A DNA stretch of 63,553 bases, counting the filler. It is 5 parts of 5 records of this genome, joined end to end, with 100 filler letters (N's around TTAATTAATTAA, not from the genome) between each part and the next. Parts side by side here need not be neighbours in the genome. Positions count along the whole stretch, not along the records: positions 15,220 to 43,322 come from SRR2962707_3376; 4 more parts are not named here. The stretch is one strand, 5' to 3'. The translations under genes were made by a program, and so were the position numbers. Positions 27,730 through 37,690 of the stretch are shown piece after piece (the stretch's first letter is position 1; every line of letters starts with the position of its first letter). A model generated the notes under the pieces. It saw only the letters and a program-made list of their open reading frames with translations. It made no database searches and was not told where the DNA came from.

Positions 27730-28419
27730 GTGCAGCCGATTAGTCACCCGAAATCCCTAATGGAGACCACAGCCGATCGCATTCGACATGCTATTGTCTC
27801 GGGTGAGTTGGCGTTGGGCTCAAAGCTATCTGAGCAACGGCTCGCCGATACCTTAGGCGTTAGCAGATCCCCGGTTCGGGACGCCCTGGCCACGCTGCAA
27901 ATCGAAGGGCTAGTCAATGTCTCTCCCAAACGAGGATCTTTTGTTTTCACCCCAGATCTTCGCGATGTCGGTGAATTGTGTGAGCATCGCGCAATTCTGG
28001 AAACCGCTGCGCTTCGGCTGGGTCTCTCGCGCAACTTTGAAGAGCTGATGCAGCGATTAGAAAGCGCGAATGCCTTGATGCAAAAGGCGTTGGATGACGA
28101 CAATTCCCATGACTATACCGCCGGCGACCAAGAGTTTCACAAAGCGATCATGGAATGCTGTCAGAACCGCTCTCTTGTGAAGTCCTACAGAAATACAATC
28201 AGCCCACTCAAAGCCATACGGACCCATTTGTTCACGATTATGAACGAGAGCACAGACCGTTCGATGAGTGAGCATATGAAGTTGTTGGACGCCTGCCGTG
28301 CCAAAGACGTGGAATTGGCGACCTCCCTCCTTAGCGCGCATGTTGCGCATCTCGTAGAGGCGTTCAGGTACCAACTGAAAGCCGACGCCGAAATCAAGTT
28401 AAAACAAGTCGCACAGTAG
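27730..28419 (+). CDS. GntR-family regulator with FCD domain
   Basis: wHTH LSEQRLADTLGVSRSPVRDAL; DQEFH, EH motifs; GAGGAG RBS with GTG start. Confidence 0.92.
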   Translation: MQPISHPKSLMETTADRIRHAIVSGELALGSKLSEQRLADTLGVSRSPVRDALATLQIEGLVNVSPKRGSFVFTPDLRDVGELCEHRAILETAALRLGLSRNFEELMQRLESANALMQKALDDDNSHDYTAGDQEFHKAIMECCQNRSLVKSYRNTISPLKAIRTHLFTIMNESTDRSMSEHMKLLDACRAKDVELATSLLSAHVAHLVEAFRYQLKADAEIKLKQVAQ

Positions 28420-28493
28420 CGTCAGCTGGCAGATCAAACCGTCTGATGACGACCAGATTGCAGCGGCGCAAGGAACAGAACAAGGAAAGCATT

Positions 28494-30110
28494 GTGAAGA
28501 AAACGACAGCTGATGTAATGGTTGATGCCCTGGTGGCAAACAATGTGGACACTGTATTCGGAATTCCGGGGGCACATTCGTATGAATTGTCTGATGCCTT
28601 GGCCCGACGCGGCAATGACGTCAAATTCATCCATACACGCCATGAGCAGGGTTCAGGTTATATGGCCTATGGCTATGCCAAGTCTTCGGGCAAGCCGGGT
28701 GTCTTCACTGTCGTTCCCGGACCTGGCATTTTAAACGCCGGCGCTGCGATCTGTACGGGTTATGGCGGCAATGCTCCGATGATGTGCCTGACTGGCAATA
28801 TCATGTCGCATCTGATCGGCCAGGGGCGTGGTCAATTGCACGAACTGCCCGACCAACTGGCGACCTTGCGCGGCCTGACAAAATGGGCCGACCGAATTGA
28901 TCACCCAACCGAAGCTGCCGATACGATGACTTCGGCCTTTACAGAAATGATGTCGGGACGGCAGCGCCCTGTGGCTGTCGAAGTGCCATGGGATGTCTTT
29001 GGCCAAACCAGCGTCGCCGAAGACATAAGCCCGGCCGAAATCCGTCAGTTTGCACCTGATCCCGATGATATCGCCAAGGCCGCAGAAATGATCGCAGCGG
29101 CGAAAAACCCGTTGATCATGGTCGGCGGGGGGGCTCTGGAGGCGGCCGCCGAAGTCCTTGCTCTGGCGGAAAAAATCCAGGCGCCCGTGACCTCTCACCG
29201 CTCTGGCAAGGGCATCGTTGCAGATGACAGTCCCTATGCAATGAATCTGATCGCGTCTTACGACTATTTCCGAAATTGCGATCTGTTGATCGGCATCGGC
29301 AGTCGACTTGAGCTTCAGATGATGCGCTGGCAGTGGAAGCCAGAAGGCCTCAAGGTTCTAAGAATTGATATCGACCCGACAGAAATGGTGCGTCTGAAGC
29401 CGGACCATGGAATCCTCGGAGATTCAGCTGTCACGACAGCTGCTTTGACCACGGCCCTCGGCGACCACCAAGCGGCAGATCGCACCGATGAGTTCGTTGC
29501 CGTCAAAGACAAGGCCCGCGCTGCCAGCGAAGTCGTTCAACCTCAAATGAGCTATCTGGATGCAATCCGGCGCGCCCTGCCCCGCGACGGGTTCTTTGTC
29601 GAAGAAGTAAGCCAAATGGGCTTTACCGCGCGCTTTGGCTTTCCGGTGTACGGACCACGCCAATATGTGACCTGCGCCTATCAGGACAATCTGGGCTTTG
29701 GCTATAACACAGCTCTTGGTGTCAAAGTTGCCAACCCCGATAAGGCGGTTGTTTCCGTCAACGGCGATGGCGGCTTTATGTTTGGCGCACAGGAAATGGC
29801 GACAGCGGTTCAACACGGTATTGGTGTTGTGGCGATTGTTTTCAACAACAACGCCTATGGCAACGTGCGTCGTGACCAAATGACAGCATTCGATGGCCGT
29901 TTGCTTGGCTCTGAACTGACAAACCCAGATTTTGTCGCAATGGCACAGAGCTTTGGCATGCCTGCTGAACGGGTCGAGACCCCGGCAGAACTGGAAAAAG
30001 CCATTGAAACCGCGCTGACGCGTGGCGGCCCTGCGCTGATCGAAGTTCCGATCGAGACAGGATCTGAAACGTCACCTTGGCAATTCCTGCACCCTGCCCC
30101 GCACAGCTGA
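28494..30110 (+). CDS. ThDP-dependent enzyme (acetolactate synthase/2-oxoacid decarboxylase family)
   Basis: FGIPGAH, catalytic RHEQG, ThDP motif GDGGF...NNNAYG; GTG start after AAGGA. Confidence 0.9.
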   Translation: MKKTTADVMVDALVANNVDTVFGIPGAHSYELSDALARRGNDVKFIHTRHEQGSGYMAYGYAKSSGKPGVFTVVPGPGILNAGAAICTGYGGNAPMMCLTGNIMSHLIGQGRGQLHELPDQLATLRGLTKWADRIDHPTEAADTMTSAFTEMMSGRQRPVAVEVPWDVFGQTSVAEDISPAEIRQFAPDPDDIAKAAEMIAAAKNPLIMVGGGALEAAAEVLALAEKIQAPVTSHRSGKGIVADDSPYAMNLIASYDYFRNCDLLIGIGSRLELQMMRWQWKPEGLKVLRIDIDPTEMVRLKPDHGILGDSAVTTAALTTALGDHQAADRTDEFVAVKDKARAASEVVQPQMSYLDAIRRALPRDGFFVEEVSQMGFTARFGFPVYGPRQYVTCAYQDNLGFGYNTALGVKVANPDKAVVSVNGDGGFMFGAQEMATAVQHGIGVVAIVFNNNAYGNVRRDQMTAFDGRLLGSELTNPDFVAMAQSFGMPAERVETPAELEKAIETALTRGGPALIEVPIETGSETSPWQFLHPAPHS

Positions 30111-30132
30111 TTTGTTTTTGGAGGAAGAACAC

Positions 30133-31539
30133 ATGACTGACTATAAAATGACCATCGGCGGGCAACCCGTCACATCCGCCGAAACATTCGACGTTATCAA
30201 CCCATCCACAGGTGGTATCGCAGGCCAATGCCCTTCGGGTACGGTCGACGACGTGAACGCTGCGGTTGCTGCGGCCAAAGAGGCCTATAAGACCTGGAGC
30301 GTCGAGAGCGATGACACCCGTCGCCAGGCCTGCCGTGATATGGCTGCCGCCCTATCCGAGCATGCCGAAGAACTGGCCATCTTGTTGTCCACCGAACAGG
30401 GCAAACCACGCGGCGGCCTGGGGGCCGATTTTGAGCTTGGTGGTTGTCAGGCATGGGCAGGCAACACTGCCGAACTAGAACTGCCTGTCGAATTGGTGCA
30501 AGACACCAACGAAGGCCGCATCGAAATTCACCGCAAGTCATTGGGCGTCGTCGCGTCGATCACGCCATGGAACTGGCCTTTGATGATTGGCATCTGGCAT
30601 ATTGCCCCGGCGATCCGCACTGGCAACACTGTGGTCATTAAACCGTCGCCACTCACCCCCCTGTCGACCTTGCGTATGGTTGAGATTCTCAACACTGTAT
30701 TGCCTGCCGGTGTGTTGAATGTGGTGACAGGTCCAGATTCCATCGGCCCTGTTTTGACGTCGCATCCGGATGTCGCCAAGATCACTTTCACCGGCTCTAC
30801 CGAGACCGGCAAAAAGGTTATGGCCTCTGCAACCGATACATTAAAGCGTTTGACCCTGGAGCTGGGCGGAAACGATGCAGGCATTCTCTTGCCCGACGTT
30901 GATCCGAAAGAAATCGCCGAAGGTTTATTCTGGTCCGCCTTCATCAACAGCGGCCAAACCTGTGCCTGCATGAAGCGCTTGTATGTGCATGAAGACATCT
31001 ATGACGACGTCTGCAAGGAATTCGCCGCCTTTGCCGCCAACATTCCGGTCGGTCCGGGTTCGGATGCAAACAGCGTGCTTGGCCCAGTCCAAAACGCAGC
31101 ACAGCTGGCCAAAGTCGAAGAATTGATCGCAGATGCCGTGGCCAATGGCGCGCGTATTGTTCTGGGTGGAAACCGCGAAGACAAACCCGGCTACATCCAC
31201 CCTCTGACCATTGTCGCTGATGCCACTGATGGCATGCGGCTGGTCGATGAAGAGCAGTTTGGGCCAGTTATCCCGTTGATCCGCTATAGTAATATCGAAG
31301 ATGCCTTGGCCGCAGCGAATGCCTCATCCATGGGGTTGGGTGCCTCTGTCTGGTCGAAGGACCTCGAAGCCGCCAAGGCGCTGGCTTTGCGCATGGAATC
31401 CGGCTCTGTCTGGATCAACTCGCATGGTGGCCTGAACCCGAATGCACCTTTCGGCGGTGTGAAACAGTCGGGTATGGGAACGGAATTCGGTGTCGACGGC
31501 CTGAAGGAATTCACCTCAATCCAAACGCTGCACGCTTAA
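30133..31539 (+). CDS. NAD(P)-dependent aldehyde dehydrogenase
   Basis: ITPWNWP, FTGSTETG, LELGGN, catalytic Cys NSGQTC, EEQFGP, PFGGVKQSG. Confidence 0.94.
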   Translation: MTDYKMTIGGQPVTSAETFDVINPSTGGIAGQCPSGTVDDVNAAVAAAKEAYKTWSVESDDTRRQACRDMAAALSEHAEELAILLSTEQGKPRGGLGADFELGGCQAWAGNTAELELPVELVQDTNEGRIEIHRKSLGVVASITPWNWPLMIGIWHIAPAIRTGNTVVIKPSPLTPLSTLRMVEILNTVLPAGVLNVVTGPDSIGPVLTSHPDVAKITFTGSTETGKKVMASATDTLKRLTLELGGNDAGILLPDVDPKEIAEGLFWSAFINSGQTCACMKRLYVHEDIYDDVCKEFAAFAANIPVGPGSDANSVLGPVQNAAQLAKVEELIADAVANGARIVLGGNREDKPGYIHPLTIVADATDGMRLVDEEQFGPVIPLIRYSNIEDALAAANASSMGLGASVWSKDLEAAKALALRMESGSVWINSHGGLNPNAPFGGVKQSGMGTEFGVDGLKEFTSIQTLHA

Positions 31540-31566
31540 GTCAGCAAACCGACAACCCATCAAAGA

Positions 31567-31599
31567 AAAACGGCCACCCTATTACAGAGAGGCCGTTTT
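31567..31599. terminator. Bidirectional intrinsic terminator
   Basis: AAAACGGCC ... GGCCGTTTT inverted repeat between convergent genes. Confidence 0.6.
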
Positions 31600-31634
31600 G
31601 CGTTTCTGCCATGTCCAACTAACATCAAACGGGT

Positions 31635-33020
31635 TTACAGCCCTTCGGGCGTATCGAACAATTTGCCTGGGTTCATAATGTTCAACGGATCGAGTGCTGT
31701 TTTGATCGTCCGCATCGTCTCGAGCGCCGCGCCTGCCTCTTTCTTAAGAGAGCCGCGCTTGCCCTGACCGATCCCGTGTTCGCCCGTGCATGTCCCGCCC
31801 ATTTCAATCGCACGCAAGGACATACGCTTGAGATAGTCTTCTGTCTTTTCCTGCTCTTCTGGGTTTTCGGGATCGAAGCCAAGAATGACATGGAAATTTC
31901 CATCGCCAACATGACCAAGGATCGTGCCGAACAAACCAAGTTCGGAAAGGTCTGCCTGCGATTGATCAATACAATCTGCCAATTTTGAAATCGGGACACA
32001 GGCATCGGAAACGATACCCTTTTTGCCCGGAATCAACGCCAAGGCCGCCCAGTAGGAATCATGGCGCGCGGTCCAAAGTTTGTTGCGCTCATCCGCGTCC
32101 TCGGCGAACCGATAATCGATCGCCCCACAATCCATCGCCGTTTCCTGGAACAAAGCGTTCATTTCCTGAGTGCCCGCGGGACTGCCGGAAAACTCAAAGA
32201 ACAAAGTCGGCTTCTCAGGCAGATCGAGTTTCGAATAGGCATTACAGGCTTTGATCTGCGCGGTGTCGAGCAGCTCGATCCGGGCAACATCCAACCCGCA
32301 TTGAATGGCCAACATGACCGCGGAACAGGCGTCATGCACGGTTTCAAAACCCGCCACACCGCCGATCACATGCTCCGGGATGCCACGCAAACGAATGGTC
32401 ACTTCGGTGATGATCGCCAAGGTGCCCTCTGACCCGACCATCAAATGCGTCAAATCATAACCCGCCGAAGATTTCTTGGCCCGTGTGCCTGTGCGAATGA
32501 TCGTCCCATCGGCCAGCACACATTCCAGTGACAAAACATTGTCAGCCATCGTCCCGTAGCGCACGGCGTTTGTTCCCGACGCGCGGGTGGCCGTCATACC
32601 ACCAATGCTTGCGTCTGCACCGGGATCAATCGGAAAGGTCAGCCCTGTGGCCCGCAATTCCTCGTTCAGGCGTTTGCGTGTCATGCCCGGCTGCACAACG
32701 GCCAACAGGTCTTCTGTGCAAATCTCAAGAATTTCTGCCATCTCAGACATGTCCAAAGACAAACCACCAAGCGGCGCATTCACGTGACCTTCAAGCGAAG
32801 AGCCGGCACCAAAGGCAATCACTGGGAACTGATGCTTGTGGCAAATCGCCATTATCTTTGAGACTTCTTGGGTGTTTTTGGGAAACCCAACCATATCAGG
32901 ACTTTGCGCCGCGATAGACGTTGCTGAGTTGGTATGGTGGTCCCGGATGGCTTGCGCCACATGCAAACGGTCGCCCAAGATAGGAGCCAGCTCCTCTGCC
33001 ACGATATTGGCCAAGCTCAT
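31635..33020 (-). CDS. FAD-linked oxidase, D-lactate dehydrogenase (cytochrome)/GlcD-like
   Basis: FGAGSSLEGH, DPGADASIGGM, SGTNAVRYGTM, KKSSAGYDL, GHVGDGNFH, TGEHGIGQGK. Confidence 0.9.
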   Translation of the reverse strand: MSLANIVAEELAPILGDRLHVAQAIRDHHTNSATSIAAQSPDMVGFPKNTQEVSKIMAICHKHQFPVIAFGAGSSLEGHVNAPLGGLSLDMSEMAEILEICTEDLLAVVQPGMTRKRLNEELRATGLTFPIDPGADASIGGMTATRASGTNAVRYGTMADNVLSLECVLADGTIIRTGTRAKKSSAGYDLTHLMVGSEGTLAIITEVTIRLRGIPEHVIGGVAGFETVHDACSAVMLAIQCGLDVARIELLDTAQIKACNAYSKLDLPEKPTLFFEFSGSPAGTQEMNALFQETAMDCGAIDYRFAEDADERNKLWTARHDSYWAALALIPGKKGIVSDACVPISKLADCIDQSQADLSELGLFGTILGHVGDGNFHVILGFDPENPEEQEKTEDYLKRMSLRAIEMGGTCTGEHGIGQGKRGSLKKEAGAALETMRTIKTALDPLNIMNPGKLFDTPEGL

Positions 33021-33139
33021 TGTATTCTTCCCTCAAAAATTTCGTGCTTTGTTCAAAGCCCTAAATCCATGGTGATGTTGCATCATCTGCGCGGACGGGC
33101 TTTTTCTTTCGTGAAATGCGATACAGGTATCGGCGAAAA

Positions 33140-33691
33140 TCAGTCCAGTTGTGTGTCCTGCTGAGCCGTTTCATCTATCGCGACATCTCCGGACCAGCGG
33201 GCCGCCAAATGGATCAGAATAATAATCATCGCAATTGGAACAGAGACTGAGATCCAAACCATTGGAATCCCCAACGTGTCTGCCGTCAATCCTGACTGAC
33301 GTGCCAAGTAGCCTTTGGCAAAGCCACCGCGCAAACCGATGAAACAAAAGTAGATGACTGGTAGAATAAACGTCAAAATTGCCGCGCTCTGGATGACCTC
33401 TGCACAGAGACCCAAAAAATGCGGGCGCTCTGGAAAGACGCTCTCCATCAGAACGGCATCAGATTGTGTCTTGAAAGACAGGGTCGCCCCCAGCAATCCA
33501 GTCCAAACCATCGCATAACGCGCGACATCTTCCGTCCAGACAGGCGGTGAGGAAAACACATAGCGCGCCACGATTTGGATCATCACGGTGACAAACATCA
33601 AACCGACAGTCATGACCGCAACACGGCGGGTCACAGCATACAGGTTTCGACTTGTTGATATGATAAGGTGGCGCATGATGTCTTTTCCCAT
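33140..33691 (-). CDS. dctQ: TRAP transporter small permease DctQ
   Basis: QIVARYVF..P..WTEDVARY; ~4 TM. Start uncertain. Confidence 0.85.
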   Translation of the reverse strand: MGKDIMRHLIISTSRNLYAVTRRVAVMTVGLMFVTVMIQIVARYVFSSPPVWTEDVARYAMVWTGLLGATLSFKTQSDAVLMESVFPERPHFLGLCAEVIQSAAILTFILPVIYFCFIGLRGGFAKGYLARQSGLTADTLGIPMVWISVSVPIAMIIILIHLAARWSGDVAIDETAQQDTQLD

Positions 33692-33745
33692 AAAGCTGGT
33701 GGGCAGCACATGCCGCCCACCGTATACTATCGAACCGTTGTCGGA

Positions 33746-34720
33746 TCAGCGGTTGCCGTTTGACAGATCAAGCCAAATTTTGATGTCGTCCGCAGGCATC
33801 AAGCCCGACTCATACACAGGTGCAGACGCTTCACGGAAAGCAGCGCGCTCTTCTGCGCTCAGACGCTGTACAGTTACGCCCTTCTCTTCCAAGGCCGCCA
33901 GTCCATTGACCGAAGCCTCTGCCAACCAGGCCCGTGTGGCCGCGTCTGCAGTTTCGACGGCGGCATCGACGGTGGCACGATCAGCATCGGACAGGCCATC
34001 ATACCAATCTTTAGACGCGATCACTGCACGCAACGGCCAGATTACGCCCGCATCCGAGAAGTTCCGGATGAAATCGGTTTGACCAAACATAACCGGAACG
34101 AATGGAGAGTTCAGGTAACCGTCGATCACACCCGTTTGCAAACCGGCAGGAACTTCACCCCATGGAACGATTGTTCCGCTGGAACCCCAAGCTTCATACA
34201 TTGCGATCTGAGCGTCATCCAAAGCGCGCATACGCAGCGATGACATGTCAGCAGGCGATCGTACCGCAGCCGTTGTGGTGATCACACCGGAGGATGGCCC
34301 CAAAGGCGCCATTGCAAGCAAAATGGCGTCTTGCTTTGCCAGGTTTGCGTTCACGCGCTCATAAACGTTACCGGCAGCCAATGCCCGGTCCATGTGCGCG
34401 ATGTCGTCAAAGATATAGGGCAAGCGAACGCCATAGATGAACGGATCCACCTGAGCGACGGCCCGCACGTCTGACATGGAAATTTCCAAAAGGCCGGTTG
34501 AAACCTGATCGAATTTCTCAGCTTCGTTTCCGACGGATCCGCGCGGCATTTCCCGCGTTTCCATGCCACCTTCGTTCAAAGCTTGAGCAAAAGCGTACGA
34601 CCAGTTGTACGACCCGGATTGAGCCAAGTCTGGCTTGCCGTCCAAAGCGATTTTGACTTCCGCGGATGCTGATGTCGAGATGGCCAGCAAAGCCGCTATT
34701 GTGAGTGCCTTAAGTTTCAT
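33746..34720 (-). CDS. dctP: TRAP solute-binding protein DctP
   Basis: Signal peptide, LPYIF, PADMSSLRMRA, PWGEV..GLQTGVIDG. Confidence 0.88.
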   Translation of the reverse strand: MKLKALTIAALLAISTSASAEVKIALDGKPDLAQSGSYNWSYAFAQALNEGGMETREMPRGSVGNEAEKFDQVSTGLLEISMSDVRAVAQVDPFIYGVRLPYIFDDIAHMDRALAAGNVYERVNANLAKQDAILLAMAPLGPSSGVITTTAAVRSPADMSSLRMRALDDAQIAMYEAWGSSGTIVPWGEVPAGLQTGVIDGYLNSPFVPVMFGQTDFIRNFSDAGVIWPLRAVIASKDWYDGLSDADRATVDAAVETADAATRAWLAEASVNGLAALEEKGVTVQRLSAEERAAFREASAPVYESGLMPADDIKIWLDLSNGNR

Positions 34721-34746
34721 GAGTTTCCTCCCTCATAGTAAGATAG

Positions 34747-36030
34747 TTAGTTAACAGAAAAACCGAACAAGCTTGGAATTGTTAAGCTGATCGCAGGCCA
34801 ATAGACCAAAGCCAGCAGCAACAGCACCTGAACGACAACGAATGGTAGAGACGCGTAAGCAAGACGCCAATAATTCAGCGACGTAAGCGCCGAGACCACC
34901 ACAAGACATTTTCCCAGCGGCGGGGTGATCAAGCCAACACAAAGGTTGAAGCACAACACGATCCCAAGATGAATTGGGCTAATCCCTTGCTCCAACGCCT
35001 GAGGCGCGAAAAGGGGAATAAGCAATGTCAGTGCAACGGGTGTATCCATGAACATACCAGCAATAAGAAAGATCGCGACCAAGAAGAAGAGATAGTTTGT
35101 CCCCGTCAAACCAAAGGCCTCGACCCAGTTCGCCAGTGCAGAAGACCATCCCATCTGACCGGCAAGATACCCAAGCACAGAGATCGCGGCGAGAATGATA
35201 AAGATTGTTCCGGTCATCCGCGCCGTCGCTTCCAACGCATCGAAGATCATCTTGCGAGACAGACCCTTATAGTATTGCCCGGCAAATAACGCGACAAGAA
35301 CAGCAATGGCGGAACCTTCGGTCGGTGTCGCCAATCCGAAAACCAATGACCCCAGAATAACAATCGGCAAACACAACGCCGGTGCTGCTCTTAACAGACT
35401 TGGCAAAAATCGCGGAAGATCATCGGATTTTCCGCCCGGATGTCCCTTTATCTTGGCAATAATCGCATTCAACAGCATCAGAGAGGCTGCCAATAGGATT
35501 CCCGGCAGGATGCCTGCTGCAAACAGCGCAGCAACAGAAGCCCCCGTCAAACCACCATAGATGATCATAATGATCGACGGCGGAATGATCGGTCCGATCA
35601 TTGACGAGGCAGCCGTGATTGCACCTGCGTAATACGGATCGTATCCGCGCGCTTTCATCTCGGGCACAAAGGTGCGCGACAAGGCGGCGCTGTCCGCGAT
35701 AGCAGACCCAGAGATCCCAGCGAAAAAGACACTGGTCAGGATGTTCACATGACCTAGGCCCCCTTTAAAACGGCCAACAATCGACATCGCAAAATCGATC
35801 AGGCTGCGCGTAACCCCTGCCCGGCTCATGATTTCAGCCGTCAGAATGAACAACGGCATGGCCATAAAAGCAAAAACGTCCAACTGAGCAAAGATGCGTT
35901 GAGGCAAAATTGAAAGGAACTGAGACTTTCCAACAGCAATAAACGTCAGAACAGACACCGCGCCCATCAGGTATGCAAAAGCTGTACCGCTAATCAGCAG
36001 AACAATAAAAACGATTGGGATAAACCACAT
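34747..36030 (-). CDS. dctM: TRAP large permease DctM
   Basis: AMPLFIL, GISGSAIAD, IIPPSI, TPTEGS, GLITPPLG. Confidence 0.93.
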   Translation of the reverse strand: MWFIPIVFIVLLISGTAFAYLMGAVSVLTFIAVGKSQFLSILPQRIFAQLDVFAFMAMPLFILTAEIMSRAGVTRSLIDFAMSIVGRFKGGLGHVNILTSVFFAGISGSAIADSAALSRTFVPEMKARGYDPYYAGAITAASSMIGPIIPPSIIMIIYGGLTGASVAALFAAGILPGILLAASLMLLNAIIAKIKGHPGGKSDDLPRFLPSLLRAAPALCLPIVILGSLVFGLATPTEGSAIAVLVALFAGQYYKGLSRKMIFDALEATARMTGTIFIILAAISVLGYLAGQMGWSSALANWVEAFGLTGTNYLFFLVAIFLIAGMFMDTPVALTLLIPLFAPQALEQGISPIHLGIVLCFNLCVGLITPPLGKCLVVVSALTSLNYWRLAYASLPFVVVQVLLLLALVYWPAISLTIPSLFGFSVN

Positions 36031-36042
36031 AATAATGTCCTG

Positions 36043-37581
36043 TTACACAGCTGTCTGAACCGAAGATGCCAAGGGGCGATCGGTCGAATTGAGGATTGGA
36101 GGATGCGTTACGATCGAGCGCAAGTCAGCAGTTGAGGGAACCAACCCCTCCATATCAGGAAGCGGACGGGCCGTTTCTTCGGAGCTGGCAAAAAACGTTT
36201 CAACCGCTTTCGCCGCGGCCAATAGCCCAACATCCTGATGTACTGGTCCAAGCATTTGAAGCCCAAACGGCATGCCAAAAGGGTCTCGGCCCGTAGGCAC
36301 TGTAATAATCGGGCCGCCGATCAAGGAGCCGCGATACGCCAAAGCCAGCCAACGATAATAAATGTCCAACTCGATCCCATCGATGTCCGCAGGATAAAGC
36401 TGTGTCCAGGCAAAGGGAGACACCGGGGATGTCGGCAACAAGAGAACGTCGAAATCATCCATCAACTTGTTAAAGTTTCGCAAAATCGACGTCTGTTCTT
36501 TGTGAGCCCACGCTCTATCCGACAACGTCAGGTTTTGACCAAGCTGGACGTTGCCAATGATATGGTCGCCGAAATCTTCTGGAGTTTTGTCGATGGCTTG
36601 AGAAAAGGCAGCGACAAAGCTTTCGGCGCGCAGAATGTCGAATGTTTTGTCCATCTCGCCCAAGTTCAAATCGACGGGACGGCAGTCTTTCACATGCGGC
36701 CTAAGCGCGTCGACACGGGCGCGGAACGTTTCACGGATCGCCTGGTCAACAGGTGCCCCCCCAAAGTCCTCGCTGTAGCCTATACGAAGGCCTTTAAGGT
36801 CAACGTCGGAAAACTCAGTGAAACGAGTTGGATCGGCTGGGATCGACAAGGGATCATCCGGACTTGCCCCTTGCGAGACCCGCAACATAAGCAACAAATC
36901 ATCCATCGTGCGCGCCATCGGCCCCAACACCGAAATGCCGGACCATCCCAACGGACGCGTTGGATGCGCGATGACATCAACAGAGGGCCGGTAGCCAACA
37001 ATCCCGCACAGCGCGGCGGGCAGCCTCAGCGATCCGCCCGTGTCCGAGCCCGTACACAAGGGCAAGAGGTTCGCAGCCAATGCCGCCGCAGAACCGCCGG
37101 ATGAGCCCCCTGCGATCAAATTCGGATTAAACGGGTTGCCAGTGGCCCCCCAAACAGGATTGCAACTGTTACCACCTGCCCCAAGTTCTGGTACGTTGGT
37201 TTTCGCCAGAATGATCGCCCCGGCTGCCCGCAAACGGGCAACCAATGGGAGGTCCTGAGACGGGATGTTGGCGCGCGCCCGGGGGCTTCCATGCGTCGTC
37301 AGTAACCCTTTGGTGTCCTGTAAGTCTTTGACACCAATTGGCAATCCATCGAGCAGACCGTTAGGAGTCCCTGCCTTCCACCGCAAAGTAGATGCCTTCG
37401 CTTCGGTAATCGCGCCCTGCGCGTCGATGGCCGTAACGGCATTGATCTTTGGGTTCACTGTCGAGATACGTTCGAGACAGGCATCAAGATAGTCACTCGG
37501 CGTCAATCGGAGCGCCTCAAATGCGTCCAATACATCACAGGCCGACAAAGCCATTAAGTCAGAGTTATTCAACCGAACCAC
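36043..37581 (-). CDS. Amidase-signature family amidase
   Basis: Catalytic Lys in GLPIGVKD, GGSSGGSAAA, GSDTGGSLRLPA; GTG start. Confidence 0.93.
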   Translation of the reverse strand: MVRLNNSDLMALSACDVLDAFEALRLTPSDYLDACLERISTVNPKINAVTAIDAQGAITEAKASTLRWKAGTPNGLLDGLPIGVKDLQDTKGLLTTHGSPRARANIPSQDLPLVARLRAAGAIILAKTNVPELGAGGNSCNPVWGATGNPFNPNLIAGGSSGGSAAALAANLLPLCTGSDTGGSLRLPAALCGIVGYRPSVDVIAHPTRPLGWSGISVLGPMARTMDDLLLMLRVSQGASPDDPLSIPADPTRFTEFSDVDLKGLRIGYSEDFGGAPVDQAIRETFRARVDALRPHVKDCRPVDLNLGEMDKTFDILRAESFVAAFSQAIDKTPEDFGDHIIGNVQLGQNLTLSDRAWAHKEQTSILRNFNKLMDDFDVLLLPTSPVSPFAWTQLYPADIDGIELDIYYRWLALAYRGSLIGGPIITVPTGRDPFGMPFGLQMLGPVHQDVGLLAAAKAVETFFASSEETARPLPDMEGLVPSTADLRSIVTHPPILNSTDRPLASSVQTAV

Positions 37582-37690
37582 CTGACAAAGAAATTTTCTG
37601 AAACACCAGTCAAGTCTCCCCCCAAACCGTGTGTTCGGTTAATATATATACAACTAATTTGCTAAAATAGTGATATTTTCGGCTAATACA

